The notes beneath the pieces were generated by a model. That model was given only the letters and a program-made list of their open reading frames with translations. It was not told the origin of the DNA and did no database searches. From Yuukianura sp. NJ FZ-2021 (lineage: Eukaryota), in NCBI GenBank assembly GCA_046563655.1, contig CM102287.1, positions 5,208,001-5,272,000 of the forward strand: a DNA stretch of 64,000 nt, read 5' to 3'. Positions 12,637 through 28,200 of this stretch are shown piece after piece; the first letter of the stretch is position 1, and every line of letters starts with the position of its first letter. A program made the translations under genes and the position numbers.

Positions 12637-15600
12637 ATGACGGAAGAAACGGGGTCAATTTCTGAGGACAACACGGGAACAACGTCACCATCATCATCAG
12701 CTGGATCGAGTCAACTCAACGGTGAGTTTAAAAAAAATGAAATCAAGTTTCAAAAATTCAAAATTTTTCAAAATTCGAAACTGAACACAAAAAACTGCCA
12801 TAGTTCTCAAATAATTTGTGAAATATTGATGAAGTTACATCAATGGCATGTGCTGAAATATTTCTAAACTTCCTTTTTCAAATTATTTTCGAAATTCGAA
12901 ATTTTTTGAAAATTGAATATATTATACAAGGTATAACAATTTGAAAAGGAAATCAATTTTGCCCAAAACGTCACTTCTTATAAATTTTATCGTAAAAACA
13001 GGCAGAATTTTAGCAAATTGATACCGGTTGATTACAAAACAGCATAGGATTCTAAAAACGGAAGGTTTCATAATGTCTATGCATTTTTTCAGAAATTTTA
13101 ATACTTGAAATTTTTATTTTTACTTTGAAAATTGAATTTTTGGAAATCCTAGTTAATTTGGCTCGTTCAATTAGAATTTGTCACATTGAATTGGTAACAA
13201 AAGATCAATTGAAGGGGGCTGGATGATGACGGCGTGTCGGCACAAGGCCACTGTAGTTTTTCTAAATCCTTAAAAAAGTCCTCCCTCCCTTCCAGCCTCA
13301 ATTGAAAATTTTAAATGAGTAGGTAGACTTTGAAGGGGAGGGGGCCCTTGTTGTTTAGGCTCCTTTTTTAACAATTGTGTTGATGACACGGGAAGAAAAG
13401 CAGGGGGCTTGACACGCGTCAAATGGAGTTAAGGTTCACAAAAATTCAAAAGCTGTTTCGGCAATAGTTTCAAAATCCACCAAAGGACCCTTGGCCATAA
13501 AATTCAAGTCCCCATTGTCTCAACCACTAAAAAGTGAAGGGTCCCCTGTTTAATAGAACGTCCACAATAGCTTCCTATTTTTTAGAATTTTTTTTTAGAA
13601 ACCTACTCTCCGCTGGATCCCTTAACTGGGGCCCTTAGCCTCTGCCGCTAAACAAAAACGGTTGAAGTAGGCATGAAAACTACCTGTGACGCCCTACACT
13701 TTTGTCTTTTTGAAATTTCGTAAAATGGAACAATTTTGAAATAAAGTGGCCTAATTGCGACACATTTGAAACACGAGCGTCACACACGGTCACAGTCAAA
13801 TCACTTAATTGAAATTTGAATTTTTTGGTTTTAAGTTTTTAAAAGATGTTTAAAATTTAGAATTTGCGTACACAGAAATTTTCAGAAAATTTAAATTTCT
13901 ACGCTGACGATGAGTGAATTGCCACATAAAATTCATATTTATCAGTTTCCGGCTATTTTTATTTTCATATGAGTCGAATCTTTTAAAAAAGCGGAAAACA
14001 TGAGAGAGAACTGTTTTTTATGCCTGAAATTACGATGACAAATCTATGAAAACAAAATCCGAAGGTTCATTGTTGACCCTGGAATGGGGAAAAATATAAA
14101 AAGGCGTCTGCCGAAGAGGGTCAAATTGTATTTTAAAAAATTGGTATGAAACCAATGATTTAGTTGTAAAAAAATCGAACCTATTTACTCCCAGTACATC
14201 AAAATACGATTTATCATTTTTACAATCTACACCTAACTTCAAGCCTATAGTCAGCTGTCATTTTTAAAACATCGTAGCATTCTAAAATATAAAATTTCAA
14301 ATTCTTCTTCTTTTTAAATATTAGCAAAATAGTGTTTTAAAAAATTTGTCCAGTTGACACATGAAGTGTTCCAGTGATTACAAGAAGTCCAACTATTCGT
14401 TTCAATTTACAAGAGCTGAAGATTCTCACGTTTTGTTTTCAGCGGCGCTATTACAATGTTACTCAAATTTTGATTTCGATTTTGCATTTTAGTGGAAAAT
14501 GCTGATTTATGGTGTATAAATTTTTGAAATACATTTAGCAAACAACTGCTTTTCAGTAGTTGCATGTAATTTTGAAATGCATGAAATATAATTTGAATTG
14601 AATAAACCCATGAAGGAAATTTAAAATAAATTCTATTGCTAGAAATAATCGTTGAAGAAAAATTTGAAAAATTCATGAACTCAGTATGTGAATGTTTCGG
14701 AAGTTAATTGTTTGTGTAGGGCATTTTCTCTTTCCAAAATTTAAAAAGAATTGTTTTCATCATTCTTCATTCATCTTGTTCCGCCATTTTCAATTTCAGC
14801 GATCAATCATAAATCACCTATCAGTTAACTAGAAATTAAGATTGCTTTTTTCAAATTATCTTTAGTTTTAAACAATTTTAGCTCAAAAAAAGAAAAAAAT
14901 ACTTCAAAAACTTTCCATTTTCCTCAAAAATTGTAAGAAACCTTAAATATTTAAAATATGACTTTAGAGAATCAGTGCCTTTTGTATTGCACAAAAGTTG
15001 AACTTTTGGATCCAACTTTTGTGTTTCTCTTTTTCAAAAAATCTAGAAAATCGATATGATCAGAGATGTCCATGTCGCATCAACTCCTTTTTCGATTCGA
15101 CCAATAATGGATCTCCAAAAGTTGATGAGTGGAGGGGGGAGAAGGGGGGCTAGAATGGCCGACGACGCTGGCTTACGTTTCTAAGTTAGAAAGAGGAACC
15201 AACGGGGAGTTATGACATCTTTTAGATTTTGGAGTCTGACAGTAGTGAAAGAGGGGAGAGAAAGTTTTCATAAAAAGTATAGTTTCACTCAACCTAAGCA
15301 TTAGGTTATAGCTCTAGCTCAACTTTTCGTTTTGAAGTTGGAGGGAGGAATGGGAGGTTTTGAGAGGGGAAAAGAATAATATGGTTGGAAAAATAGAAAG
15401 TTGAAGGTTTAAGCTTCAGGACGGCAGAGAAAGCAAAAACTCTAAAAGTATAAAGTATAAAATCGATTTGAGTCAAGAGGATGCGAGTATTTTTTTCTTC
15501 CAGAACAAAAAATATAGGCAGGAGGTTTAGAAGAAAGAAGGGACACTTCGGATATATCCGTAGCTTTGCATCCGAATTTCCCGAATCCTGGCAGGAGAGA

Positions 15601-18600
15601 AAGTTTCCAGACACTTTCCAGTGAAAGTTCGAAAAAAAAAGTAAAAAGGCCGTCCCCGAAAATTTTTTGGTTTGAAAACTCCGCCTTCACTTTAATAATT
15701 CGTCCAATCCATTTCAACTTTCTCCAAAAAGAAAAAAAAAGAAAGCTCTCAAAAAAGTTCCTGGAAGAAGATACATTCAATTCCGAAAGGAGAAAGGAGG
15801 AGAAGAAAGTAAAAAATGAAATGATGAATCATCCGAGCTCTTGCTTTTCTTCCTTCAAACATGATTGTTTTCTCCAGAGCCAATTCCCTTACATTTTTCC
15901 AGAGAAAGTAGAAAGTTATCGATTTTACTTTTTTTTTTTTATTATTGGAACTCACAAAAACTCATTTTTTTCGAAAGAGGAAAAAAAATTATGAACCGTC
16001 ATCTTTCTCCTTCAGAAATTATATTAGATTTTTTTCTTCCTTTTGTACTTTATTACCCCCCTTTCTCTCAACTTTCACTTTCTATCTCCTTTGCTCAAAA
16101 AAGTTTTTTTTTCAGAGTTTTCTTCTGTTTGAAATGGATCGAAATCATGATATGAAATAAAATGAAAGTCTTTTCTCTCTCCGTCTTCCTTCCATTTTCA
16201 TTGCCATGGTGACATTTGGACCAAATCTAATCCAAGTGAAGGAGAGAGTGAAAGGTAGCCCCTCCTGATACATCTTCCCCTCCCCACTTTACACTTTAGC
16301 TTTTAGCAGGAGCAGTGGAAAGTACAATGGAAGTTTTTCGGTTTCCAGATTTCGTTTTTTTTGTTACTTTATACTTTTACTTTCTCTCCCCCTAACAGCT
16401 ACGCTGCCTATAAACTTTTAGGTTTTTGAACTAGCACATCCATCCCTCCATTTCCAAATGAAATTACACTTTCCCTTTCCCCGCCGCAACTCAAAATCTA
16501 ATACATATTACCATTCTATTGCTACTACCCTCGGAAAATGGCCGCCAATTCTAATGTTTTAAAATTTTGTGATAATAATAGTTTAAAAAAAAATAATTTT
16601 CAAAAAATTAATTTTTAATATTTATTCAACAAGAAATTGTTGCTCAGTTTAACAACTTAAAAATTGTGAATGTAAGATTTATGAATCTCTTTTCAATATT
16701 TTTTTAAGATTGAGATTTCTTTTTAGGAAATGAGCACCGAAAACGTGGAAAATGCAAGTGGTTTAACGTAGCGAAGGGATGGGGATTCATTACGCCGGAA
16801 GACGGAAGTCAGGAAGTGTTTGTACATCAGGTAAAGCAATCTAGCAAATAATAAAAAATCACAGTAGCTGCATTTCTGAATATCCAAAAATTTGAAAAGT
16901 GAAACCTTATTTTATTTTACTCCAAAATTTTGGGATTTTCAAATTTTAATTTTCGAATTTTTAAACGTGAAAAAGATTGCAAAGGCACATGTCAGACACC
17001 GAGTGCGAGGGGAAGTCAGGTATCTTCCTCTTATTACACAAATTTAAATATGAAATTTGATAATGTTTTAACGGAAGCGCAACTTCATCAAGACGGTTTC
17101 AAAACTCATTAACATTTAAATCCTCTCTGTTGTATTTCCTTGGACGTATGGTTGCTTTAAAAGCCGATTTTTTTGAACATTGTAAAATTTAGAGCCTTGA
17201 CAAACAGCAGAAGGCCAAAATTTTGGGATGTTTTTGAAAAACAGTCGACAGAGTCCTTGGGCCCTTCATGTGTCCCTTGACTCTCCATTGGTCCAAGGGC
17301 CCCCTTTATTCTGAACTTTAACAATGACAACTTGGTAAAAGGAGACAAGGAAATTCCGTTTTGTTTGAATTCTGTCAATTCGCAGTTGAGGCACAAGTCA
17401 AAAAACTTTTCAAAATTATCACCACACTCAACGACATTGTGCATCATCCAAAGGAAAAATCGAATCATCCAAACTTTTCCAAATTTTTATTCTGATACCC
17501 TTACCAAATCTGTAGTTACTCCCACCAGCCTTTCTAAACTTTCTACTCTATAACTCAAACCAAAATTAATATTTTGTGTTTCAAAAAGCCAAAAACGAAG
17601 AAACTTAATACACCCCTTTGCATTTTAATTTGAAATCCATGTCTGAATAAACATGAGGGAGACTGCGGATTCTGCATTTAAGTACCCCTGGACCCTTATT
17701 CCAAAAACTCGGAAAATATCCGCTTTCGAAATGAAACAAACACGATAGTCTCTGTTCTCTTCCCATGCAGATTCCATTTCCATTTGCCAAGGGCCCACAT
17801 TGTTATTGAAATAGAAAATGGCCACATGCAGATGCGAGGCCCTTGGTTCAAAATGAAAAATAACCTCAAGGTTTAGACCGAACGAATGGAAAACAACAAT
17901 GGACAAGGACCAAGGGACCGTTGACCATGACAAGGTTAGGCTAAGGGTTTGTCCAAAACGCTACTTTCAGACCAGAACAGGGCCCTTTGAAATATCTATT
18001 AAGCTAATCTCTCCGTAAGCGATGGATTTCATTATCCGCCAATTCAATTTGTAAATGTTCCAAAATGGCTTCATGAAAAATTTGAGAAAATTTCGTTCCA
18101 TGCATATTTGCGTTTTGAGTTTAAGCATTTTTTGGATTTCCAAATTGAAAGCGATTTCTGCATTAATTTTTTACATTAGCTAAAAATTTGGTTGTGAACG
18201 TTATTGAATTGAATCTGTTGCAGAGTGTGATTCAGATGCCTGGATTCCGGAGTCTAGGGGATGACGAGGTGGTTGAATTTGAGTTCAAGGAGTCTGACAA
18301 AGGAATTGAGGCTACTCTGGTCAAGGGTGTGAATGGAGGGGACTGCAAGGGCTCTCACAGAAGGCCTGCTTCCAAAAAGAAAGTCAAAAAAATTAGGTAA
18401 AGGAAAACGCCATTTCAAAAATTAAGTTAACAAAAGCTTGAAAAATTTAAGAGTTTCATAAGTTGGTAGACGTATACGAAACTCATTTTTTAAAATACGT
18501 TGAAAAATTAATGTCAGAAGAGTCAATACTTTAATTATTGCCTATCGAAACTAAATTGTTGATTCTAAATTTCTTAAATTAAGGTCAAGTATTAAGTTTT

Positions 18601-19228
18601 AAATATAATTTATATGGCAAATCGGAACTCGAGGGACAACCTTAATAAACTTTCTTTTTTAAATTGGAAGATGCTACAACTGCGGAGACTTGTCGCGACA
18701 CATTGCGTCGAAATGCAGTCTGGGTCCACAACCTAAGCGATGTCACAGTTGCAAATCAGATCAGCATCTCATCGCTGATTGTCCCAAAAGAATTGACCGC
18801 AACAAAAATAACAAAGTTAGTACAAAAAACGAACAGACTTTTTTTTTAGATCAATTTTAGCTGTAACGTTTTTTTTTAAGTTAAAACTATTTTAGAATGT
18901 TTTAACTTAGAAATTAGCTTTTACCGATAGGAAAACTATTCAACTGAATTTCAAAATGAAGATTTTGTGTTGAATTTTAGCAAATGAAAAATGAAAATCC
19001 AACTACAAATGGAAACTGCAATGGAAATCAAAGCCACTCTACCTCTCCCACATTGCTTTCTTCCGAAACTTCAAATTCCTCTGGTAAAAATTTACCGAAT
19101 ATTTTTTGTCGAAATTTTCAAATGAGGTACATTTTCAAAAAAAAAATTCATTTCCAGGTACGTTTTCTCCAGTTCCGAATTCCGATTCACCTCAACCTGA
19201 GACAAACACGATTGCAACAACTGGCTAA
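12637..19228 (+). CDS. lin-28: Lin-28 homolog (cold-shock domain + two CCHC zinc knuckles), ~226 aa
   Basis: Exons 12637-12721, 16727-16830, 18224-18396, 18671-18815, 18981-19083, 19158-19228, all GT-AG and in frame. CSD motifs [33 protein letters not shown]; knuckles [15 protein letters not shown] and [14 protein letters not shown]. Confidence 0.96.
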
Positions 19229-20250
19229 ATTGGACCAAAGCCATCTCCAAAATTTCGAATGCAACAACACAAAAGTCACAACAAAATTTGTAGCAATCCA
19301 AAAATTCTATTCCAGTTGAAATGTATTCTTTAAAGTTCACCTCCCGGTACAATCCCAATTTACTTTTAGTAATTTAATTTTAATTCATCTTTTAAGTGTT
19401 TTTAGAAATTTTCAACATTAAAATTTTTTAGTCACTTTCAAAATATTCAACAAAAACCACAGTCAATTCCAAAAAATCATTTTTTTTTAAACAGCCTACG
19501 TCTGTGTAACAAATAACAATATTTTTTAGTTTGATTTCAACAATTAAATAGTGTAAAGTCTTTATGTTTTAAGGCAACTAATGTTAGTTTAAGGACGGGT
19601 GGAGTGAATGGATTAACTTTAAAGGCAAGTGAATGACAATAGACGTTAATTGAAATTAAAATCAATGTTAATTAATGTTAATTAATTATTAACAATTACC
19701 CAATACTAGTTTGTCCTTGTTCGTTGTAAAATGTGTTTAGATCTTCAACATTTCCCATCTTGTAGGCCAAATTCCAATGTTGAAGTCCGATTTTTAAATG
19801 AGTTTCAGTCTCTCTCCGTTCTTGAAGTTCTTACATATTCACAGGGTATTCTGGAAGGATAAGGAAAATGATCTTGTAAAAGCATGCGCTAATGTTTAAT
19901 TAACTTAATTAATAGCTGTTAATTAATAGTTAAAAGTGTTAGTGAAATAGCAAACAGAAATATTCTTTTTAGGACAGAGTTGGAAGCTGATGGAAGTCAT
20001 TAGACAAGGTCAAGGGTCAAGAGTTGCACAAAAGTGTAAACAAAAAGCGTGTAGTTTTTAGTTAAAAGACAATATGGAAAGCTTCAAATAAAATCTTGAT
20101 TTATTTAAAACTGGTTTAAAGAGAGAGAAAGAAAACTAATAGCTCTGCGATTAAACTTTCTAGAAAGTATTAAGTACTGCTCTCAAAAATGAAAACATGA
20201 GGTCAAGGGTCATCAAGGTAGTCTGAGCAAACAACAAGTGCTATTTAGCA

Positions 20251-23200
20251 TTATTCGTCATCCAAAAATGCCCCATTTCTTGAGACAACTACAAACCCGG
20301 GTTCGCTAACGAGTCCTTCGTGTTCGTCTGACAACAAAGCAGGCAGTACTGGACTATCGTCACGTCGCAACTGGCCCAATTGCTCTCTCAATTTTTTGTG
20401 AAATTCGGCTAAACTTTCCTGCAAATCACAAAAACAGCCACCGTTTTGTCAGAAATTGACGAAAATTTTGAAACTTGAAACTATTACTGTTGAAATGGGG
20501 AACCTCACGTTTTCACTTTGTCTTCTCCTGAGTTCATGGTAAAATTCTTCAGGCCTGAGCCCTTCACGCTCTTTTGCAGCAAGTTGATTTTCTAAGTCTT
20601 GCTTCTGTCTTTTCAGACTATCAATTTCGGCAGTGTACTCGAAATATTCTTGTGCAAGCTAAATCAAGAAAAAAGAAATTCAGATTAACTTCGTAGCTCC
20701 AGGAATTAAAAATTTATAATGCTGATGTGATGATTTACCTTTCTGTGCTGTTCAAATATCCTTAAGGATTCGGGTAGGTGGGAAGCTGCTGGAATCGGCT
20801 GAAACTCAGGTTCCAGGAAGTAGTACGCATGATCCATGGAAGTCTTTTGTTCTGCAAAATCAAAAAATAAGCCAGATTATTGCAAATTCGCATATTTCCA
20901 AAAAAGGACAACCTAAACAGTGTTACCGCGCTTAGCAGCATCGTCACACAACCTAAATACACAGTCCAACAAAGCTTGCTTCGTTACAGCGACTCTGTCA
21001 ATGTCACTGTCAACGTCCCTTTCACGGAACATAGATCGTGTTAAAATGTTAATGTCATCACGGTAGCATACGACTAAACTAAAGTCAAAACGGAACTGCC
21101 TACACAGCCTATGTGCTCATAAATCTTTCCAAAATTAGATTGTACTCGATGCCAAAATTTGTGATTCACCAGAAGAGAACTACCTATGCTGCTAAAAACA
21201 AAGAGGCTGCAAACACTCACACATCAAAAATCATACTAAAAGGATCTTCTCAGAAAGAAAAGAACAATGTGCTAAAGAGACTAAAAATAAATTGTCTAAA
21301 CATCTAAAACAGAACCGAAAAACTGCACAGCACCATTTCATAACTCAAACTCAAAAAATTGTTTCTTTGAGAATCTAAAATTCATACCTTGCCGTCCATG
21401 TGAAGGCGGTGGGAGGAAAGCTTTGTCTGGTGTTGGGTAATCTCTGAAATCGAAGGTAGAGCCATAAGATGAGGAGCGTCTGTGACCTAAAAATCAATTA
21501 AAAACGATAAAGCAACTAAAGAGTTCTCCAAATTTTAGATTAACTTAAGATTTTAAATTACCCGCAACAGGATGTCCACGACTTTGACTAGCAGAATCAA
21601 CACGGTTGCGCAGCACTGGCTTTAAACCAGCGTCGACCACCTCACCACGGTCATATTCGCTCAGATTTTGTTGACTTAGGAACTGACTCATGTCGGCAGC
21701 AAAAGGTTTTGTCGGAGGAACACCTTGTCCTTGCTGCTGCCACGCCGGCGGATACTTGTTGCCATCTCTGACGACATTTCGTGGCGGCGGGATAGGCCGT
21801 TGAACGCGATTAGTCTGATTTGGAACGACAAGGTCGCTGGCAGGAGTTGTAGAACGCTTAGTTGGATTCGGATTCCAAATCTGTGGAGGACTCGAGATTT
21901 GTCTGGCTGGTGGGAGTTTGATTTTGCCGTCGTCACTGTCAGGTGAGATTTGATTTTCATATGAAGCAAATCTTCCTGGGAACTGTCTCGGCTTTGTGCG
22001 AATTTGAGGTACTGGTGATGCAGGTATTTTGAGATTTTCTGGTGAAATGCGTGAGGAATCAGCTTGTTGCGGCTGTGGGTCGGGCGTTCGCTGCTGCTTG
22101 CATATTAAAATGTCGTCGCTCTCTCCTCCAAACTTCCAAGCATTCTAACAGAAAATTGTACGACATAAGTTCAAAATTTTGAAAATGTTAAAAATCAAGA
22201 ATTTACTTACAGCTTCAGTTTCTACTTGGAGCGGAGGCAAGTCTTTGGGAACATGTATAGGCATGACTTGTGTTGTTTTTATGCCGTGAAACTCTGGAAA
22301 CGCATCGGAATCATCGTTGTAATTATAATTGTCTTCAGGATCATCCTCCAGTGTTGTATCGACGGCTTCCGTTTTTTCTAAAAACACTTTCGAATTAATT
22401 GTTTCGAAGTAATTGAATTGAAGTAAGAATTTAGTCTCTTCACTCACCAGCAGGTTGTTGTTTCCATACGTCCGTAGTAGTAGCCGCATCCTCCGTAGCT
22501 GAACTAACTACTAATGGAACATCTCCACCGGGAAAGAACTGACATAGAAGAGTCATGATCTTCACTACTTTCTCCATCGACGGACGAAGTTTCGCATCCG
22601 CATCCCAACATCTGAAAAAGCGTTGCAAAAATCACACAAAAAAAAATTCACATGCATTCACAACTTGTGTTATCAAGCATTATTGTCTTTTCTTCAGTTA
22701 CGTGGTCATGAGTCTTTCAATTGGAGGTGGACAGTTCTCGATAAGTTGCGGTCGTTTCCCTTTCAGAGCCGCTGCCCATAAAATTGCTACTGAAACGAAT
22801 TCCTTCATTTCTTCAAATGGCTTTTCCCGCGTAAGAACTTGCCATAAAATTATTGCCCAACTGTATACATCGCATTTTTCATCGTAATTGGAACCTGGCA
22901 GACGATGGGGAACATACAACTGAATTAATGTAAAGTGATACTCATAGAAATGAAAAAAATGTTAACGGCAAGTAACCTTTGAAAACTTCTGGAGCCATCC
23001 ACAGCACCGAGCCTTTGTTATTTGTCATATTTGTGTGGTAATCGCAAACTGTTCCGAAGTCACAAATTTTGAGAAGTGTCCCACCAGAGAACAGGAGTAA
23101 ATTAGGAGGTTTCAAATCACGATGGAGGATGGGAACAGGCATGCCATGCAGAAAGGCGACGCCTTTTGCTGTTTGTAACGCCCAGCTCAGCGCATGTGCT

Positions 23201-23727
23201 GCGGTGTATTCATATCGTGGGTTGCTTTGGTGGAGTACTGAAAATGAACATGTGAAAATCATAATAAAATTAGAATTCTTACTTTTAAATTAGGAATCAC
23301 AGCTTGAGCTTACCAGTATAAAGAGAGCCACAATCCGCATATTCAATTACAAGACAAACAGGATTGTCACACTCCCCAAACAGTTGAATAATATTGGGGT
23401 GAGATACCCGTGATAACTGGAGCTTTTCATTTTGTATAGAATTTAAGTCCGCAGCAATTTCGATTATTTGCTTCACTGCAACCAGGTCTCCTCTCCACCG
23501 AGCTTTGTAGACGACTCCAAACGATCCTTTGCCAATCACCTGTAAGAAAGTGTATTTAAGACAAGCAACATTGTGGGATATGAAGTGTGAAGGTGATCAA
23601 TGTCCTCAAAAGTAGTTAAAAAGTGACTTACCGATAAATCGCTAAGTTCGCTGAAGGAAATTTTCTCAATGCCTTGAGGAGGGAGGGAAGATCCACCATT
23701 GGAACGATTCCCGAGGAACGAGGCCAT
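20251..23727 (-). CDS. Tak1: TGF-beta-activated kinase 1 (MAP3K7), ~788 aa (739 without the candidate cassette exon)
   Basis: Exons 23727-23632, 23539-23314, 23237-22977, 22894-22702, 22611-22448, 22377-22211, 22144-21562, 21486-21388, (21073-20927), 20851-20739, 20658-20509, 20418-20251. Kinase motifs [41 protein letters not shown]-terminal LEPEFQPIP...IFEQHRKLAQEY coiled coil typical of the TAB2/3-binding region. Confidence 0.93.
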
Positions 23728-24422
23728 TTCTTTTATGTTCTTGTGCCCAACTTCAATATATCCATTCGTACTTTACCTTTATCCTGGAAAACGAAAAGAA
23801 ACGTTGCAAACTATACCAAATTGACAACTTAGGGTCACTAGAACTCACGATCGATCTCCTCGTCTAGCCACAACCACAACAACATCAATCAGGTCACGAA
23901 TATTTGGTTTGGAAGATAGGCTGATGACAGCTGAGCTTGCCGTAGAACTCTATGCTACTATGTACCTTGCTCTCTTGCGTGTTGCGTCTTTAGAACTGAA
24001 TAAGTTTTAATCACAATTAACTATTTTAAATAATAAATTCTAAATAAATAATAAAAATTTCAAAGTTCTAAAACTTTTTTTTTAGAAAACAAAAAACAAA
24101 AAAGTGAAACATCTGATTTGCCAAGTCACGTGTTGTTGATCGTATTCAAATTTTTAGCGCCAAATTACCGTTATGTTTTTTTTTCAGCTGTGCCTGTCAC
24201 CTGCGCGTGCAGATTCAGCAGATTTACATACTAGTAATATGCATTTTTGACACAAAGTGCAGTCACATTCACTATTCACATCACACGTCACACGTACGTG
24301 ATTGAAGACACTGGAGGCATCCCGAAGGTCAAGAGGTCAACTCAGAAAAAGGCAAGGTCAACTGTAATTGCCAATAAAAACATTAACCTTATTCCATACG
24401 TAAGGAGTTCTAAAGAGTTTGA

Positions 24423-25623
<1,201 letters not shown>

Positions 25624-26363
25624 CAAGCCCAACCTCTAGTAACTACATCAATTAACGGAACTACTCAGTCATGAAAGGCACTGAAAACATGACATCCAAC
25701 TTATGACACCGTCACACATTGTGACGCTATTTTTTACTCAAAACCTTACGCAATTTCAAAACGCTTATTTGATTAACGTGGTTTACAACGACGCAACTTA
25801 TAACGTTAAAAGTTCAAAAGTCAGACAGTCCACAAAACGTAACCCACCCCGTGACCTCACTTGTAATTTTGTGTTCTTATCCGAGTTTTAGTGGACCCAT
25901 TTTTGTTTTAAATGTTAAGTGATTATTGTCGTCTTCCAACAGTTTTTTTTTACTGTGTAACCTTGACCTGCCCTCAACTCTAGTTTTTTATGCGTTCTTT
26001 TTCTCTTATACTCTCATTTTGACTGAACCTATCCCATACCAATACACAAACCTTATGTACTACTTTGCAAATCCTTGATGATAAAGGTCGAAAATATTTC
26101 GCACTTGCTTTATAACTTTTATTAGCAAAATCTCTTTGAGCAGCGTCATCTTCTTCTTCGAGTACTTTTACAGTTATACAAAGATAACGAGGACATTGGA
26201 TCCTTTGAACTGTTCATCTTATAGCACAAAAAACAGCAAGATAAAAAGCGCTTCAATAATTTAAATGCGAATTTTCCGTCATTCTTACGAAAGTTCTCAG
26301 CTTGCGTAGACCTCTTAACCGGAAAATTTTGTTCAAAGTAGTAGTGAAACGAAAAACAGCGAA

Positions 26364-26764
26364 ATGAAGCTCATAATCCTCAGCATCATCGGCGTTGTTC
26401 TGATTGTTATGTCCACTGCGGAGGTCAAAGGTAAAACAGTTGCATAGTTCTAAAAACCTCAAAATGTTTCAAAATTTTCAAGTTTCGGTACATTTTAACT
26501 GTAAATTGGTTTTTAGGTGAACCGAAGCCGGCATTTTTTACGTCCCTGTTTGAAACAATGGGACTTCGTCAGAAGCGGTACCACCATGGAACGTATATCC
26601 CATTGAATGGACAAGAGATGCCGAAGAAACCCAGGACTTACGCCGAACCAAAGGTCATGCACGGTACGATTGGGTCAATGGTGCGAAAAGACTGTCCAGA
26701 AGGCTACGGCAAATCAAGGAGAGGAATTTGTCAGCGAATCTTTGCCTATGACGAATGGAAGTAA
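26364..26764 (+). CDS. Secreted peptide precursor with C-terminal two-Cys motif (GBP/ENF/secapin-like), 104 aa
   Basis: Exon 1 26364-26430 is a signal peptide MKLIILSIIGVVLIVMSTAEVK; exon 2 26517-26764 has a furin-type RQKR site and ends CPEGYGKSRRGICQRIFAYDEWK. Confidence 0.75.
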
Positions 26765-27145
26765 CGATTTTCTTCTCTGCTTTCGAAATCGCTAGAAAAA
26801 TGTAAAGAAAAGCATTTAGTTTTTCTATTTAACCTTAGTTTTAGCATCTTTCGTTTCGGAATTCGTAAATTCTCGAAAATCCTAGACATATCGTTTCCAT
26901 TTGTGACGACGCGAGTTTTTTAATCCAGAAGATATTTATGAAAATCCAATCTCCAAAAAAATTGTTGGGAGTTTCTCGTTTTTGAGAGTTCAAAAAGAAT
27001 TTAAGTGTGTCGTACTCGCTAGGAATGTCGCAATCACATGCACGGAACAGGTTGTGAACTTTTACGAGTCGAGAACTCGTGCCAAAAAACTAGTTTTTGG
27101 ATTTTTTTTCTAGTGAATTCTGTTGATTTTAATCGATTGACATTT

Positions 27146-28164
27146 AATAAACTTCTTGCAAAGACGATGTAAATAAGTATCGTCAGATCAATTATAGACA
27201 GTTCCCGCGCGAGATATTGTTGACCTAGATCTCTCACATTGTTAGAGGTCAAACAGAAATCTTAGTCCTCGCGTCGTCAAACAGCGATGCCTGGAAACCA
27301 CTTCCAAATCGTTGCATCCTTTTCCGAATTATAAAGAAAAGGAGGACCTTGAGGCTTGACCCTGTTAGAGGTCACTAGAAGTGATCAAAATCGGATCCCC
27401 GTAAACCGCTACCAAATCGGTCTATCCGTTTCCCAACTTGTACAAAAAAAAATGTCTTTGACATTTGACCACGTTAGAGGTCACTCAAGGTCATCAAAGC
27501 TGGATTTCCGCAAACCCCTTCCGAGTCTGTCCGTCCGTTTCCCTAATATAAACGGAGCATTACCTTCACCTTTGACACCGATAGAGGTCACTTGAGATGA
27601 ATCCAGAAACTGATTTTTCTCTGAATGAAAGTATCTGACGATACTTAAAAATGTACTTGACCTTGACCTTTCACCCGGAATTTGGCAACTTCCGTTCAAA
27701 CCAGAGACCGATTAGTGAGCCCTCTACCATGTGAAGCTCAACTGCGAAGACAGGTTGAAAATCGGTTAAGTGGTTCCAGAGTTATAGACGCGCGTAGTAT
27801 GAGCGACGCCATTTTGCAACTTGCAGCGTCTATATCTCCAGAACCGTAGGTCAAAGGTCAACATCACCGACAAAAAAGTTGCTCCTCTCATTGAGATGAA
27901 CAACTTTTGTAGAGACCAATTTTCCAAATTCCGTCAAAAATGTACTTGACCTTGACCTTTGACCCGGAAGTTGGCCACTTTCGGTCAAACCGGAAACCAC
28001 TTGTCCACCCCTGGACCATGTGTAGTTCATCTGTGAAGACAGATTGAAAATCGGTCCAGCGGTTCCAGAGATATTGTAGCTAGTATACAGACGGACGGAC
28101 GGACGGACGGACGGACAGACAGACGGACATTACGATCCCTATAAGTATCTGACCATACTTAATA
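27146..28164 (-). mobile_element. DINE-1/HINE-like non-autonomous Helentron-associated element, copy 1
   Basis: Subterminal inverted repeats AAGTATCGTCAGAT / ATCTGAC(G/C)ATACTT, terminal hairpin, (GTCY)n microsatellite near the 5' end on the minus strand (28087-28128), internal ~290-bp tandem duplication, A/T-rich ends, no TSD. Confidence 0.75.
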
Positions 28165-28200
28165 ATTGAAATATTCAACTATATTCAATTTTGTTTTGTT

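Noticed and set aside
1..20250. let-7 / miR-100 / miR-125 or other conserved miRNA hairpins near lin-28
   Set aside because: No full mature sequence found by eye; only short partial matches (e.g. miR-8-like 11-mer at ~4422 on the minus strand, miR-92-like 12-mer at ~12554).
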